Shown: positions 14,251 through 24,314, counted from the first letter of the whole stretch. The stretch: 62,960 nucleotides of DNA, filler included, from Bigelowiella natans CCMP2755 (GCA_000320545.1; 7 parts of 7 records of this genome joined end to end with filler, not necessarily neighbours in it); one strand, 5' to 3'. Notes: generated by a model not told the origin, from the sequence alone. Made by a program: numbers and translations.

Positions 14251-14608
14251 TTTTAGCGGACTAGCGGTAGCTGTTTGGCTTTTGTGCGCGGGACTGTGCT
14301 GTTGATGTTGGAAAGTCAACACGCGGTCTCGTGTGCTTTTGGATTCTGATGATGACTTGTGACTTGCGCTGCACGCATGTGCGCATTGGGTTCCGGCGCA
14401 TTCGCGAAGATTCTCGAATCTTCCAGAATTCTCTCGAATTCTCTCGAGTGTTTCTGGAAGGTTCTCGAAGCTTCCGGAATGTTCTCGAAGATTCTGGAAG
14501 TTCTGAGAACTTCCATGCGCATGTGCGCAGCGCAGCGTGCAGCACGAGTGGACGTGCGCATGCTGCGACAGCTCCTTGATCGTGGGTGGCGCGGCCAGAC
14601 CGCTGACA
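14251..14608 (-). repeat. 3' LTR (358 bp, TGTCAGCGG...CCGCTAAAA)
   Basis: Direct repeat of 20993-21350 and inverted copy at 59676-60033. Confidence 0.95.
14401..14499. promoter_or_regulatory. Heat-shock element arrays in the LTR (6 + 10 perfect alternating nTTCn/nGAAn pentamers); same in the other two LTRs
   Basis: TTCgcGAAgaTTCtcGAAtcTTCcaGAA (14401-14428) and TTCtgGAAggTTCtcGAAgcTTCcgGAAtgTTCtcGAAgaTTCtgGAA (14452-14499). Confidence 0.8.
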
Positions 14609-16363
14609 CGCCCCCATGGACGTGGTGACCACGATCAGAGTGCTGATGTGCACGTGCCATTTCTGCCATGGTGACAGAACTTTTGCACGGTGCTGCACAT
14701 GGACGCCATTCCCAAAGGTTTCGGAGTCCGAATGGTTGGCAATGTTTTGCCGACCAAACATCGCACCACCAGACGCCCAAAAACTCTGTGCAGAGGCACA
14801 AAATTCCCAGGCTTGCAACTGGGCAAGGTGCCATGGGCATGGTGCACTCCGAAATCGGCAGGAAAAATTCTTGCCTGACTGGGCAAGGTGCCACCATTTC
14901 GGTACGAACTGGGACTTGTCCAAAAAATTAATTTTTTTTGAACGACACCAGTGTGCTTCCAGAAAAGAATTTTTCTGCGACACTGGTGCACTTCCAGAAA
15001 AAATTCTGGAATCCCCTGGGCACTTCCAGAAAGATTCCAGAAAAATTCCGGAATGCCCTACGTTCGTCACCTGCACCCACATGCGGTGTTGACCAAGGCT
15101 CGGTAGGTAGGTAGACAGGTGGGTAGTGCAAGTAGTCCTTTCCTCCTTCTTCTTCTTCTTCTGTTTTTCGTCATCAGCAGTACGAGCAGCACGACCCTTC
15201 TGGTTTGATCGTTGCTGTTTGATGCCATCTCTGTCACTTACACTGTCACTACTGCTGCTGCTGTTTGCGTTGTGATGGCTACGGCGGTCTACTTTGAAGG
15301 GTTGTTTCTGATGCCCATGAAAGTTCCAGAAAGATTCCAGATTGTTGCTGCGTTTTTGTGAGACTAAGCTAATACTAGCTGTTTCGTTAGTGATATGACG
15401 AGGAAGGGGGGGTGGAGGAGCCCCCTCAAAGCTTTGTTGAGGGACCGCTGCTCTTGCCTGGTCCCGAACGTTCGACCCCAAGTATGCTTCGCCCTGTAGG
15501 CGCGATTTTGTCTCATAAGGTGCGGCCAATTTCGATCTATCGGTGTCCTTGCCATGATAACCTTTTGTGCCAGAACCCTCATTGTGATAGATTCCCCTTC
15601 TGCCTGCTTCCATGAAGGGGGGAGCGAGGATTCTCTTACCGGAAAGCTATAACGACGGTTATTGAATTATTTATATAATAATGAGTCATCACTGAGCACC
15701 ATAAGGGGCGCTAACTTCCTCATAATGAATATTCACCGCTTCGACCGGCCTGGATCTGTGATAGCCATTTCTCTGCGTAACTATTTGGTTGTCTTTGTGA
15801 ATAGGCCCTCCTTGGTAGTCATGCTGTGGACGATCCGTTAACCCTGTATGGAGACTCAAGTTCACGTGCCTTAGAAATCGCTATATTACCCATGCTGCTT
15901 TGTTGCGGTCTCTGCATTTCTTTATTGTGGCCATTGTACATAGGAGCCACAGCAGATGCCTCGCCACTTCCAATATAATACCGATAATTGTGTGGATCTC
16001 CAGGCGATCGTTTTTCCTTTTGTTAACTTCGTAGGTATCTTGTAGTATACAGCTTTTGCATGTTCTCTCCTTATATTTGACTTCGTATTTGTTATACACT
16101 AGGTATCTCGTCTTCATTATTATATCCGCCCCCATGATTGTGCAGTGTCTGGAAGACACTGTGCAATCATATAGAAATCTATAGCGTATTCTACATTCGC
16201 CCCCATGATAGCGAGAGTGTCTGGAAGACACTGTGCATATAGTCCATAGCAAGATACGCAAGGAAAGGTACACACATACAAAGATGTGTGCCATTAAAAC
16301 CTTGCAGCCTATATGTTTATATGTTGTAGGTTTCTAAATGGACGTGGGGCTTTCATAGGGCGA

Positions 16364-19300
16364 CTAAGCGGACGTGGGGCCGACAAGGCGAGGGAGCTTG
16401 TAAGGTAGAGTCTTTGTAGTTATTTTTCTTTTTCTGGTGCCTTGTAGCATGATGGTTAGTTTTTCTCTGTATGATATAGGGAACAAGAAATCACAGTGTT
16501 TCTTGTTGCTAGGTCCTGGTAGAGCCTTAGTAAGTATATCAGCGGGATTGTCCTCCCCAGGTATTTTGTTTATGCAGATCTGCTTAGTTTGATAGTTATC
16601 ACGAACATTGTGATATTCTATCCTTATGTTCTTGCCTTTTTGTGTGAATCCAGGCTTGGCTGCAATGGAGATAGCTGCTTGAGAGTCACAATACACAGGT
16701 ACAGGTTTCGGTATCTTCATCTTTAACTCCTGTAGTAACTGAGTGACATACACTAACTCTCTGCATATATCTGATAGTGCTATGTACTCAGCCTCGCCAC
16801 TGGACATAGCAACGACCTTTTGCTTGTTGCTCTTCCAGACAACAGGTGCGTTGCTTAGCGATATGAAATATCCTGAGTATGATTTACCCGTTTTCTTGCA
16901 GGTTTTCCAGGAGGCATCGACGTAAGCTTTAAGCTCAGGTTTGGACGCTGCTTTAAAGGTAATTCTTTTATCCTTTGTATTGACCAGATACTGCAGTAAG
17001 CGTACTGCAGCGATGTAGTGTATAGTTCTAGGATCTTGACTGTAGGAAGCTAGACGAGATAGAGTGTAGCATATGTCTGGTCTAGTAGCCACAGCTGCAT
17101 ACATTGCAGCTCCTATGATGGATCTGTATGCCTTTTGATCCACCTTATCATGCTCCTCGTATTCGTCTAACTTCGATCCTGTTATCATTGGTGTTTTTGC
17201 TCTTTTCGTAGGCGTGATATCATACTTCTGGGCGAGTCTGGTGAGGTAGTCTTCCTGCGATATCCAATAGTTTCCCTCATTGTCGCTACCAACTCTTATG
17301 CCCAGTGTTTTCTTTAGCTCGCCTTCATCGCGAAACTCAAACTTGTCGCCTATTCGCTTCATGACAAAGTCCAGGTCTCTCTTATCTTGATATGCTATGC
17401 ATATGTCATCCACGAAACATGACAATATGATGATTCTTCCTTGTCTGTGCATTATCATTAGGCAAGGATCGGAATAAAGCTGGACGAAGCCAATGGCGTT
17501 GAGATGCTCGAGCAAGGTAAGGCTGAATATTGCACTTGCTTGTGTCAGCCCATAAATGCTTTTGTTTACCAGTAGGGCTAGTGGAAGGCCACTGTTGTAT
17601 AGCCGGATTTCCTCAGGTGTCTTCGGCTTCCACCCTTTAGGTATTTCCATGTGTACTTTACAGTCCATCTTTCCAGTTAGGAAAGCTGTAAGTATATCTA
17701 TCCCGTGTAGTTTTAGCTTGAGGATAGATGCTATGGCTAACATTATCCGAAAACTATTTAGGGACAACGTCGGGGAATAAGAGAAGAAGAAGTCTTCTCC
17801 CGGGATCTGCGTGAACCCTCGCGCGACCAGCCTTGACTTATACCGAATGGTATAGTCTACATTTATTTTCTTCTTGAATACCCATTTAGATGTAACTAAA
17901 TTTGTATCCTTAGGTCGCACTACCAGCGTAAACGTTCCAAGTTTTCGAAGCTGGTGCAGTTCCTCTTCCGTAGAAGGTATCCAATGCTTCTTATCATCTC
18001 CTGTGATTGCATCGTCATACGTCTTAGGAAGGTCCTCGATCTCTTGTACTGATGGAGCTTTTATGTTCATCAGGCGGTCGTAATAGCTACCAAGTATTCC
18101 GTAACGAATACCAGGTACTCCCCTATTTTCTCTATTCGACCTTCGAGGTTTACTTTTTGCTTTTGTTTCAGGCCCACCATCCTCTGGCAACTCGTCAGTT
18201 GCACTGGATGGTTCGGGGGCGTCCGCGTCGGCAGGACCTTCTGGATAAAGGTACGCCAAAGCCGAATCACTAACTTTGTTTCTCTTCAGCGAAGGAAACT
18301 TAAACACTGTGTGGTACCATTTAGTTACACGGACTCTTCTAATTTTCAGCGTCTTCGTGGCGACGAGAAAAGTACCAAATCTATCGTCATATCCCAACAT
18401 ACGTACGTATTCACCTCTAGCACCCATACCACCTGCAGGTCGGAGTTCCTTGTCGATGTGGTTTACTCCGATGCATCCCCAGGTAGTTAGATTCTTTAGA
18501 TTTGGTTGCTCATGGTGCAGTAGTTCTTTAGGCGTTTTTCTACCAGGTGTGCTGCGATGTGAGGTGACGTTGTGGAGATATGCTGCAGTCTGAGCTGCGT
18601 AGGACCAGTATCCGACCGGTAAGCGTGCATGTTCTAACATAGCTCTTGTTTTCGCCATGATAGTCTGTATGTGACGCTCGGACATTCCATTTTGCTCAGG
18701 TGTTCGGGCGGTGCTAGGAACCCATTTTATTCCTTCGGAGGTGAGCCAGCTATGTAGCTTTGCGCTCATATATTCACCTCCACCATCCGATCTGAATTCG
18801 TCTATGCTTCCACAACCTGGAAGCTTTCTGATGTGCTTTAGGAACTGTATGGTTTTCTGCGTAACTTCGCTTTTCTTTCTCATGAGCTCCAAGGTAACCC
18901 ACCTTGTTCCTTCATGTACGAATATTACGAAATACTTGTAACCATCCATGCTGTTAGGCATGGTCTTTACATCAGAGTGAATTCTATTCCACATCCGGTT
19001 TTTCTTGTGGATAACAGGTACACATTTTTGCTTCTTTTTGACAGCATCGTCCTCAATCTTTGCTTTATTCCGATGCTGTTTCATCCTTTCTTGGGCGCTT
19101 GGATCAAAGATCGGAGATCTTTTTGTTTTGGCTACATCACAGGCCTTGCAAAAGATCTTCTTTGGTATTTTTATCGTCTTGGAATAAGGTAAACCTTCTG
19201 TAACTGCATAGGTGTCTCTTATCTTATCCGCTGCGATGTGCCCTAGGATGTTATGTGCGTGCTTGATTGAAGATGGCTGTTTCATTGGGTAGGATTTAAA

Positions 19301-20806
19301 TCTTTGTGTTTTTGTACTTTTGTTTATTTGTTTATATCTCAAATAAAATAGGCCGTCGTCTTGAAAGTCCCCGAACGCGTATTCCTCTCCGTTGGCGGTA
19401 ATGCTTATTCCTTGTTTTGTTCCTTTGTACTCGCTGCCACTCTTAACTAGTCTGTTTAGAGAAATCACATTGCCTGCAGCTTCTTCAGAGTACAAAGCTC
19501 CTTGTAGAACAATTTTATGCATCTTTCCTTGCTTGTTTTTCGTAGTTAGTTCGACGTCGCCTGCATAATCCACAAAGAATCCTGTCCCATCTTTGCCAAC
19601 TTCTATGTATCGTGGTTGAATAGGTTTCAACTCGTTGAAGAAGTCGCGGTCGCAGAAGAAGTGGTTGTTGGCTCCGCTGTCGAGAAGGATCAAAGGCTTA
19701 TGGTTGTACTTCAGCGTGTGCAGGTAAGAATTGTCGCGTGCCATCTTATTAATGTAAGAGGGTCTTTGGGAAGGGGAGCCATGATCTATAAAAGAATAGT
19801 GTTTTCCTTTGTTCTGCTTGCCTTCGTCTCTCATCTTGTTTCTGCATTCCTTTTCCCAATGTCCTTTCTTGCCACAGTAATGGCATTTTGTTCTTTTCTT
19901 TAAGTTCAAGAAATAGTCTTCTCTCTTTTGCTTCTTGGAATTGTCTTGATATGCTTCGCTGTTGTATCTGTTCTTTCCTTTGTTGAATTTCCTCTTGTAG
20001 GTCTTCAGCTGACCCGTAAGTTCATTTAGCCTTTTCTCCAAGCCATCGTACATCTTCACGTATTTGTGTTCTGCACTGGTGTGTCCTGCATGTTTCTTTG
20101 AAGGTTTCTGCCCGTCATCTAACGATCGGGAGTTCATGTGGGAGCGGATCATGTCCACTGCAGAGTCGAAGGTAACATCTTTCTTGTTGTTAATGACTGT
20201 TACTATAGTCTCGTATTTTTCTCTAGGTACAAGTCCTCGAAGTAGAGTGGTAAGAGCTTGATTGTCGGAGTATCCTTCGTGCTGTGCTCGAAGTCTTCTG
20301 ATCGTCGAGTCAAGGTCAGAATGATACTTCGTGAAGTCTCCATTGTACTGACCCATGTTTATATCACTTAGCTTCGAATAAAGTTTCCTGACGGCTACAG
20401 GATTGGTAGGCTCGTACTTCTCCAGCAAGGCTGCTAAGGTAACTGCTACGTCTTTGGGTTTTCCTTCGAGTAGATCGAAGAATTTATCAGGAAGGGTAGC
20501 AGTGAGGAAGAATCTTCCTCTCTTTCTTTTGTTTATCTTTTCTTGTGATCCTCTTCCTTCGGGTTTAGGGTTGAGGATGTCGAATTGCTCCTGAGAGAGC
20601 TTGAGTACTTCTCGTCGGTGAGCGGGGTCGGTGCGTACATTGACTTCTGTCACCTTTCCTTCTGTTTCTATGTTGACATTGAAGCATGATTCCAAATCCG
20701 CTGCTTCAAAGGCGGACATTAGCTTGTACATGTAGGGCTTGTAGTTGCTACCATCGTACTTGAGGGTGAAGTTTTTCAGCAGGGAGTCTATCTGCTTTTC
20801 TGACAT
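16364..20806 (-). CDS. Copia Gag-Pol polyprotein, 1480 aa, intact
   Basis: Zn knuckle CHYCGKKGHWEKEC; protease LDSGA; HHCC (HNILGH..CKAC); integrase DDE (IHSDV, RSDGGGEY, NGMSER); RT (YKSRLVARGFTQ, IYGLTQA, FVDD); RNase H (YVDASW, SSGEAEY, ADILTKAL). Confidence 0.97.
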   Translation of the reverse strand: MSEKQIDSLLKNFTLKYDGSNYKPYMYKLMSAFEAADLESCFNVNIETEGKVTEVNVRTDPAHRREVLKLSQEQFDILNPKPEGRGSQEKINKRKRGRFFLTATLPDKFFDLLEGKPKDVAVTLAALLEKYEPTNPVAVRKLYSKLSDINMGQYNGDFTKYHSDLDSTIRRLRAQHEGYSDNQALTTLLRGLVPREKYETIVTVINNKKDVTFDSAVDMIRSHMNSRSLDDGQKPSKKHAGHTSAEHKYVKMYDGLEKRLNELTGQLKTYKRKFNKGKNRYNSEAYQDNSKKQKREDYFLNLKKRTKCHYCGKKGHWEKECRNKMRDEGKQNKGKHYSFIDHGSPSQRPSYINKMARDNSYLHTLKYNHKPLILLDSGANNHFFCDRDFFNELKPIQPRYIEVGKDGTGFFVDYAGDVELTTKNKQGKMHKIVLQGALYSEEAAGNVISLNRLVKSGSEYKGTKQGISITANGEEYAFGDFQDDGLFYLRYKQINKSTKTQRFKSYPMKQPSSIKHAHNILGHIAADKIRDTYAVTEGLPYSKTIKIPKKIFCKACDVAKTKRSPIFDPSAQERMKQHRNKAKIEDDAVKKKQKCVPVIHKKNRMWNRIHSDVKTMPNSMDGYKYFVIFVHEGTRWVTLELMRKKSEVTQKTIQFLKHIRKLPGCGSIDEFRSDGGGEYMSAKLHSWLTSEGIKWVPSTARTPEQNGMSERHIQTIMAKTRAMLEHARLPVGYWSYAAQTAAYLHNVTSHRSTPGRKTPKELLHHEQPNLKNLTTWGCIGVNHIDKELRPAGGMGARGEYVRMLGYDDRFGTFLVATKTLKIRRVRVTKWYHTVFKFPSLKRNKVSDSALAYLYPEGPADADAPEPSSATDELPEDGGPETKAKSKPRRSNRENRGVPGIRYGILGSYYDRLMNIKAPSVQEIEDLPKTYDDAITGDDKKHWIPSTEEELHQLRKLGTFTLVVRPKDTNLVTSKWVFKKKINVDYTIRYKSRLVARGFTQIPGEDFFFSYSPTLSLNSFRIMLAIASILKLKLHGIDILTAFLTGKMDCKVHMEIPKGWKPKTPEEIRLYNSGLPLALLVNKSIYGLTQASAIFSLTLLEHLNAIGFVQLYSDPCLMIMHRQGRIIILSCFVDDICIAYQDKRDLDFVMKRIGDKFEFRDEGELKKTLGIRVGSDNEGNYWISQEDYLTRLAQKYDITPTKRAKTPMITGSKLDEYEEHDKVDQKAYRSIIGAAMYAAVATRPDICYTLSRLASYSQDPRTIHYIAAVRLLQYLVNTKDKRITFKAASKPELKAYVDASWKTCKKTGKSYSGYFISLSNAPVVWKSNKQKVVAMSSGEAEYIALSDICRELVYVTQLLQELKMKIPKPVPVYCDSQAAISIAAKPGFTQKGKNIRIEYHNVRDNYQTKQICINKIPGEDNPADILTKALPGPSNKKHCDFLFPISYREKLTIMLQGTRKRKITTKTLPYKLPRLVGPTSA

Positions 20807-20980
20807 GTTGTTTCGTTCCTGTTTTCTTTGTTTTCAGTGCTTTGGAGGCTTGACCGAAGATTGGCTGAGGGAATGCTGTTGTCGCTTTCAGTTCCTTCTT
20901 CTGGAAGGATGTAGCTGAAGGGGGGGGGTGGGGGGTTTGCTTGGTTCTTTTCTTTGTTGGTTCTCTAGCAAGTCCTCTTG

Positions 20981-20992
20981 AGGCTCATAACC
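20981..20992 (-). promoter_or_regulatory. Primer-binding site GGTTATGAGCC, complementary to the anticodon stem-loop of tRNA-Met (half-tRNA priming)
   Basis: Lies immediately 3' of the 5' LTR. The plus strand reads GGCTCATAACC, the tRNA-iMet anticodon arm, as in Drosophila copia and yeast Ty5. Confidence 0.85.
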
Positions 20993-21350
20993 TTTTAGCG
21001 GACTAGCGGTAGCTGTTTGGCTTTTGTGCGCGGGACTGTGCTGTTGATGTTGGAAAGTCAACACGCGGTCTCGTGTGCTTTTGGATTCTGATGATGACTT
21101 GTGACTTGCGCTGCACGCATGTGCGCATTGGGTTCCGGCGCATTCGCGAAGATTCTCGAATCTTCCAGAATTCTCTCGAATTCTCTCGAGTGTTTCTGGA
21201 AGGTTCTCGAAGCTTCCGGAATGTTCTCGAAGATTCTGGAAGTTCTGAGAACTTCCATGCGCATGTGCGCAGCGCAGCGTGCAGCACGAGTGGACGTGCG
21301 CATGCTGCGACAGCTCCTTGATCGTGGGTGGCGCGGCCAGACCGCTGACA
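20993..21350 (-). repeat. 5' LTR (358 bp)
   Basis: Apparently identical to 14251-14608. Confidence 0.95.
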
Positions 21351-21407
21351 GCCTATGCTGTGCACATGCCATAAACACAATGAGCATCGTAATGATTACT
21401 GCTATAT

Positions 21408-21447
<40 letters not shown>

Positions 21448-21546
21448 CCTGCATGCTGATGTTGAAAATAAGTGCTAACTAACACAGTCGTACATCAACT
21501 CGACCACACTCGCCCGCCTCATATCTGCTATTATTTATGTTTTGAT

Positions 21547-22893
21547 TCATTTCATTTCAGCAAGAATCGACACCAAGTAAGCCTCGCACTCTTCCGCGGA
21601 AGCGTTCGGATTGAGGATCTGCCACTTCCTTTGCGCCTCGACGAGGAGGCCGACCTGCGCGCCTGTCACATGGAACTTTGCCATCAGCTGCTTCCCGTCC
21701 TGCAAACGAGGCACTTTCCATATCTCCATGAGGCCAACCTGCTCAAGCCACGCAACAAAATCCTGGAGATCTCGCTCGGAGAGAGGCGGGTGCGTCGCAT
21801 GACTCGCTGCTGGCGGCGACAAGACGGCTTCGGCCACTCGAACGAGATCTAAAGTCGGGGCCCATAGCTCCTTGATGTTCTCGAGAAGCAGGCCGATCGA
21901 TAGCCGCAGAGAGTCAACCTCGCTAGCGGTCGTTGGGGTCACGACTGGGCCGCTGCTGCCCTTCACCAGAGCGAGCTCCGCGCCGCCTTCCTTGAGCGCC
22001 TTGAAGCTGGAGATCATCTCTCTCAGGGGGAAGCACCCTTGGACCATGGTGTCGACGTCATGGGCGTCCCTGTGAGGGTGTCTGAAAAAGAAGAAGAAGA
22101 AGAAGAAGAAGAAGAAGAAGAGGAAGGAGGAGGAGGAGGAGGAGAAGAAGGAGAGGGACATATCTTGATAAGCAGGAGCAGTGACGTAATCGGTATTTTA
22201 AAAGAAGGAGACGCCGTCTTTACACTGTTCCCACAAGATTGACGCTCTGGTTATCTCCCCCCCCTTCCTCTCGCACTCACACACAAACCACGCACAAACA
22301 CGCACGAATCGCGGCGCGGTTGACGGGTAGATAACCCCATTCATTTATCGTCACTACATCGTTTTCAAATAAAAATAGCGGGGAGAGAGGGAGGGGAGGG
22401 AGGGGGTCCGAAACCTCAACCGACAGCAGTACACACACGCGCGCGCGCGCGCGCAAACACACTCATACACACTCTCACAACGTTCGTGTGCAGATACGTA
22501 CTTTATCCCCTCCGCGAGCATTGCGAACACCAGATTCAGTTTCTTCTTCTTCTTCTTCCCCACCTCGGTCACAAGCCCATGGTACGGAAGTAGGAAGGCT
22601 GCAAGAAGCTTCAACTGCGACGACTCCTCCTCCTCCTCCTTCTCCTCCTCCTCCTCCTTCAGCAACATCTCTTGCATCTTCTCAACCAAGGCCGCGCTGA
22701 GAGACGAGCGTTCTTCCTGGGTGGGGACAAGGAACCGCACGACGGCCCCGGGCAGGGGCTCGACGATGGGCTTGGGCGCCTCGAAGATGATCTGATCGAT
22801 CCCATAGCGCACAAAGCTGCTGAGCATGTGCCCCGGCCGCCCGGGCCCGTTCAAGGCCTTCGAGATCTCTTGGCCGAACCTCTCTCGGCTCAC
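21547..22893 (-). CDS. CCA1: CCA-adding tRNA nucleotidyltransferase (class II), last two exons (22502-22893, 21547-22081)
   Basis: VSRERFGQEISK motif; C-terminal DGKQLM..F..TGAQVG.L...Q.KWQI.NP.A..EEC typical of eukaryotic CCA1; exons splice in frame. Confidence 0.8.
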
Positions 22894-22965
22894 CTGCGAT
22901 GATGATGGCGAACAGTGGTAACGGTGAGTAAGGGGGGGGGGGCAGGTACGCACGTGTCACTGACG

Positions 22966-22998
<33 letters not shown>

Positions 22999-23320
22999 AA
23001 ACGATAAAAATGGCCGAAAGAGACTCAAATCCGAACTGAATCACCTAAATCTTCGTGTTAAAGAAGGATCGTTTGTTAATTCACTCGGTCACTTATTGAG
23101 TTGTATTAAAGCTAGCTGAGTTGCCTTGTTCATTTCACCTTATTAGAACAGAGCTCACTCAAAATAAAGAGGAGCATTTTATTGGTGATAGCTTAATCAT
23201 GGGAATATTAGATATGAANNNNNNNNNNNNNNNNNNNNNNNNNNNNNNNNNNNNNNNNNNNNTTAATTAATTAANNNNNNNNNNNNNNNNNNNNNNNNNN
23301 NNNNNNNNNNNNNNNNNNTG

Positions 23321-23626
23321 ACCCCTCAATCAGGATTTTTCAAGACTGTAGCAGGTTCTTCTATGATTGTTAAGAACCTTATTACAGAACAGGATGTATT
23401 ATCAGCACAATTTGGAGGAAGTGATGTTGAAAACAAATTAGTCGGTTCAGGGTTCTTCAGCAGTCTAGCATCTAAAGTTGGGAAAACTGTGAAAAATATT
23501 GCCTCTAATCCTAAAGTTCAAGATGCCGTTCTTAAAATGGGAGCAAATGTGCTCAAGAAAAAGATGGGAGGTAAAGCATCCGTAAGTGGTGGTGGAATGA
23601 AAAAGAAACTCTCTTCATTATTATAA
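23321..23626 (+). CDS. Virophage major capsid protein, C-terminal fragment
   Basis: The frame is open from the gap: TPQSGFFKTVAGSSMIVKNLITEQDVLSA...KLVGSGFFSSL...SVSGGGMKKKLSSLL. This fits the Sputnik/YSLV-type MCP C-terminus pattern (SG.F....G.S......LT.QDVL.A...LVG.GF..SL, Gly-rich tail). Confidence 0.75.
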   Translation, partial: TPQSGFFKTVAGSSMIVKNLITEQDVLSAQFGGSDVENKLVGSGFFSSLASKVGKTVKNIASNPKVQDAVLKMGANVLKKKMGGKASVSGGGMKKKLSSLL

Positions 23627-23662
23627 ATTTTATATTATAATATTTTTATTAAACATTATAAT

Positions 23663-23974
23663 ATGAAAATATATATTAAACTAATGAAATCACCTCTTAA
23701 AAATAAGAAGCATAGGATGCTCTTTTATGTTGATAAGGGTGGAAGGATAATAAAAGTAAAACACACCGACTTTGGAGATAGTCGGTATAGCGACTTTACG
23801 ATACATAAAGATGAAAACAGAAAAGATAGATACCTGACAAGGCATATGAAGAATGAAGATTGGAGCAAATTCCTGACTGCTGGTTCATTATCTCGTTGGG
23901 TCTTGTGGAATAAACCTGATTTGAAGGATAGTTTAGAGGACTATGCTGATAAATTTAATCTCATCATACTCTAA
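23663..23974 (+). CDS. Tlr6F-like / DUF5754 small viral protein
   Basis: DFGD..YSDFT.HKD..RK.RYL.RH...EDW...TAG.LSRWVLWNKP motif, typical of the family shared by virophages, polinton-like viruses and phycodnaviruses. Confidence 0.75.
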   Translation: MKIYIKLMKSPLKNKKHRMLFYVDKGGRIIKVKHTDFGDSRYSDFTIHKDENRKDRYLTRHMKNEDWSKFLTAGSLSRWVLWNKPDLKDSLEDYADKFNLIIL

Positions 23975-24074
23975 TATCGTTGGTGGGGTCTAAATCCGTG
24001 TTCCTTGCTACTATCTTTCCTATCGTATAACCTATGGAAAAGATAAGTCCTAATATTAATAACACTACAATCAT
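23964..24074 (-). CDS. 36-aa single-TM viral micro-protein (not in the ORF track)
   Basis: MIVVLLILGLIFSIGYTIGKIVARNTDLDPTNDIRV*; hydrophobic N-terminal half; preceded by the same TAATCTAA spacer as the next gene. Confidence 0.5.
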   Translation of the reverse strand: MIVVLLILGLIFSIGYTIGKIVARNTDLDPTNDIRV

Positions 24075-24089
24075 TTAATAAAGATTAGA

Positions 24090-24299
24090 TTATTTTTCGT
24101 CGTCCATCAACATCCTAAAAGCACTATCAGTTAAATCACCAGTGTCATCAAAGGGTTGTTTCATAATATTTAATTGTATCAACAATTTGCTGTTCTCTTT
24201 TATCAGTTTCTTGTTTTGCTTTATCAATTTGTTTATCTCTTTTCTTAATCTTGTTAATCGTAGTTGTAATTGTAATAGTCTAACTATTTCCAGTAGCAT
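24090..24299 (-). CDS. Small coiled-coil viral protein, 69 aa
   Basis: Leu-heptad pattern; tightly packed between neighbouring genes. Confidence 0.6.
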   Translation of the reverse strand: MLLEIVRLLQLQLRLTRLRKEINKLIKQNKKLIKENSKLLIQLNIMKQPFDDTGDLTDSAFRMLMDDEK

Positions 24300-24314
24300 C
24301 TATAATGATTTAGA

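Larger units (their letters stand above)
14251..21350 (-). mobile_element. Full-length Ty1/copia LTR retrotransposon (~7.1 kb)
   Basis: Two apparently identical 358-bp LTRs (20993-21350 5', 14251-14608 3'), PBS at 20981-20992, PPT (ATGGGGGCG) at 14609-14617, single gag-pol ORF with PR-IN-RT-RH order. Confidence 0.97.

Noticed and set aside
14261-15613. 450-aa ORF (and overlapping ORFs, also at 59292-60023) as an env-like gene
   Set aside because: Runs through the PPT and LTR, is open mainly because the region lacks TpA, and is frameshifted in the second copy.
22999-23218. AT-rich fragment before the gap as the virophage left end
   Set aside because: Different contig, no shared terminal repeats, no recognisable ORF.
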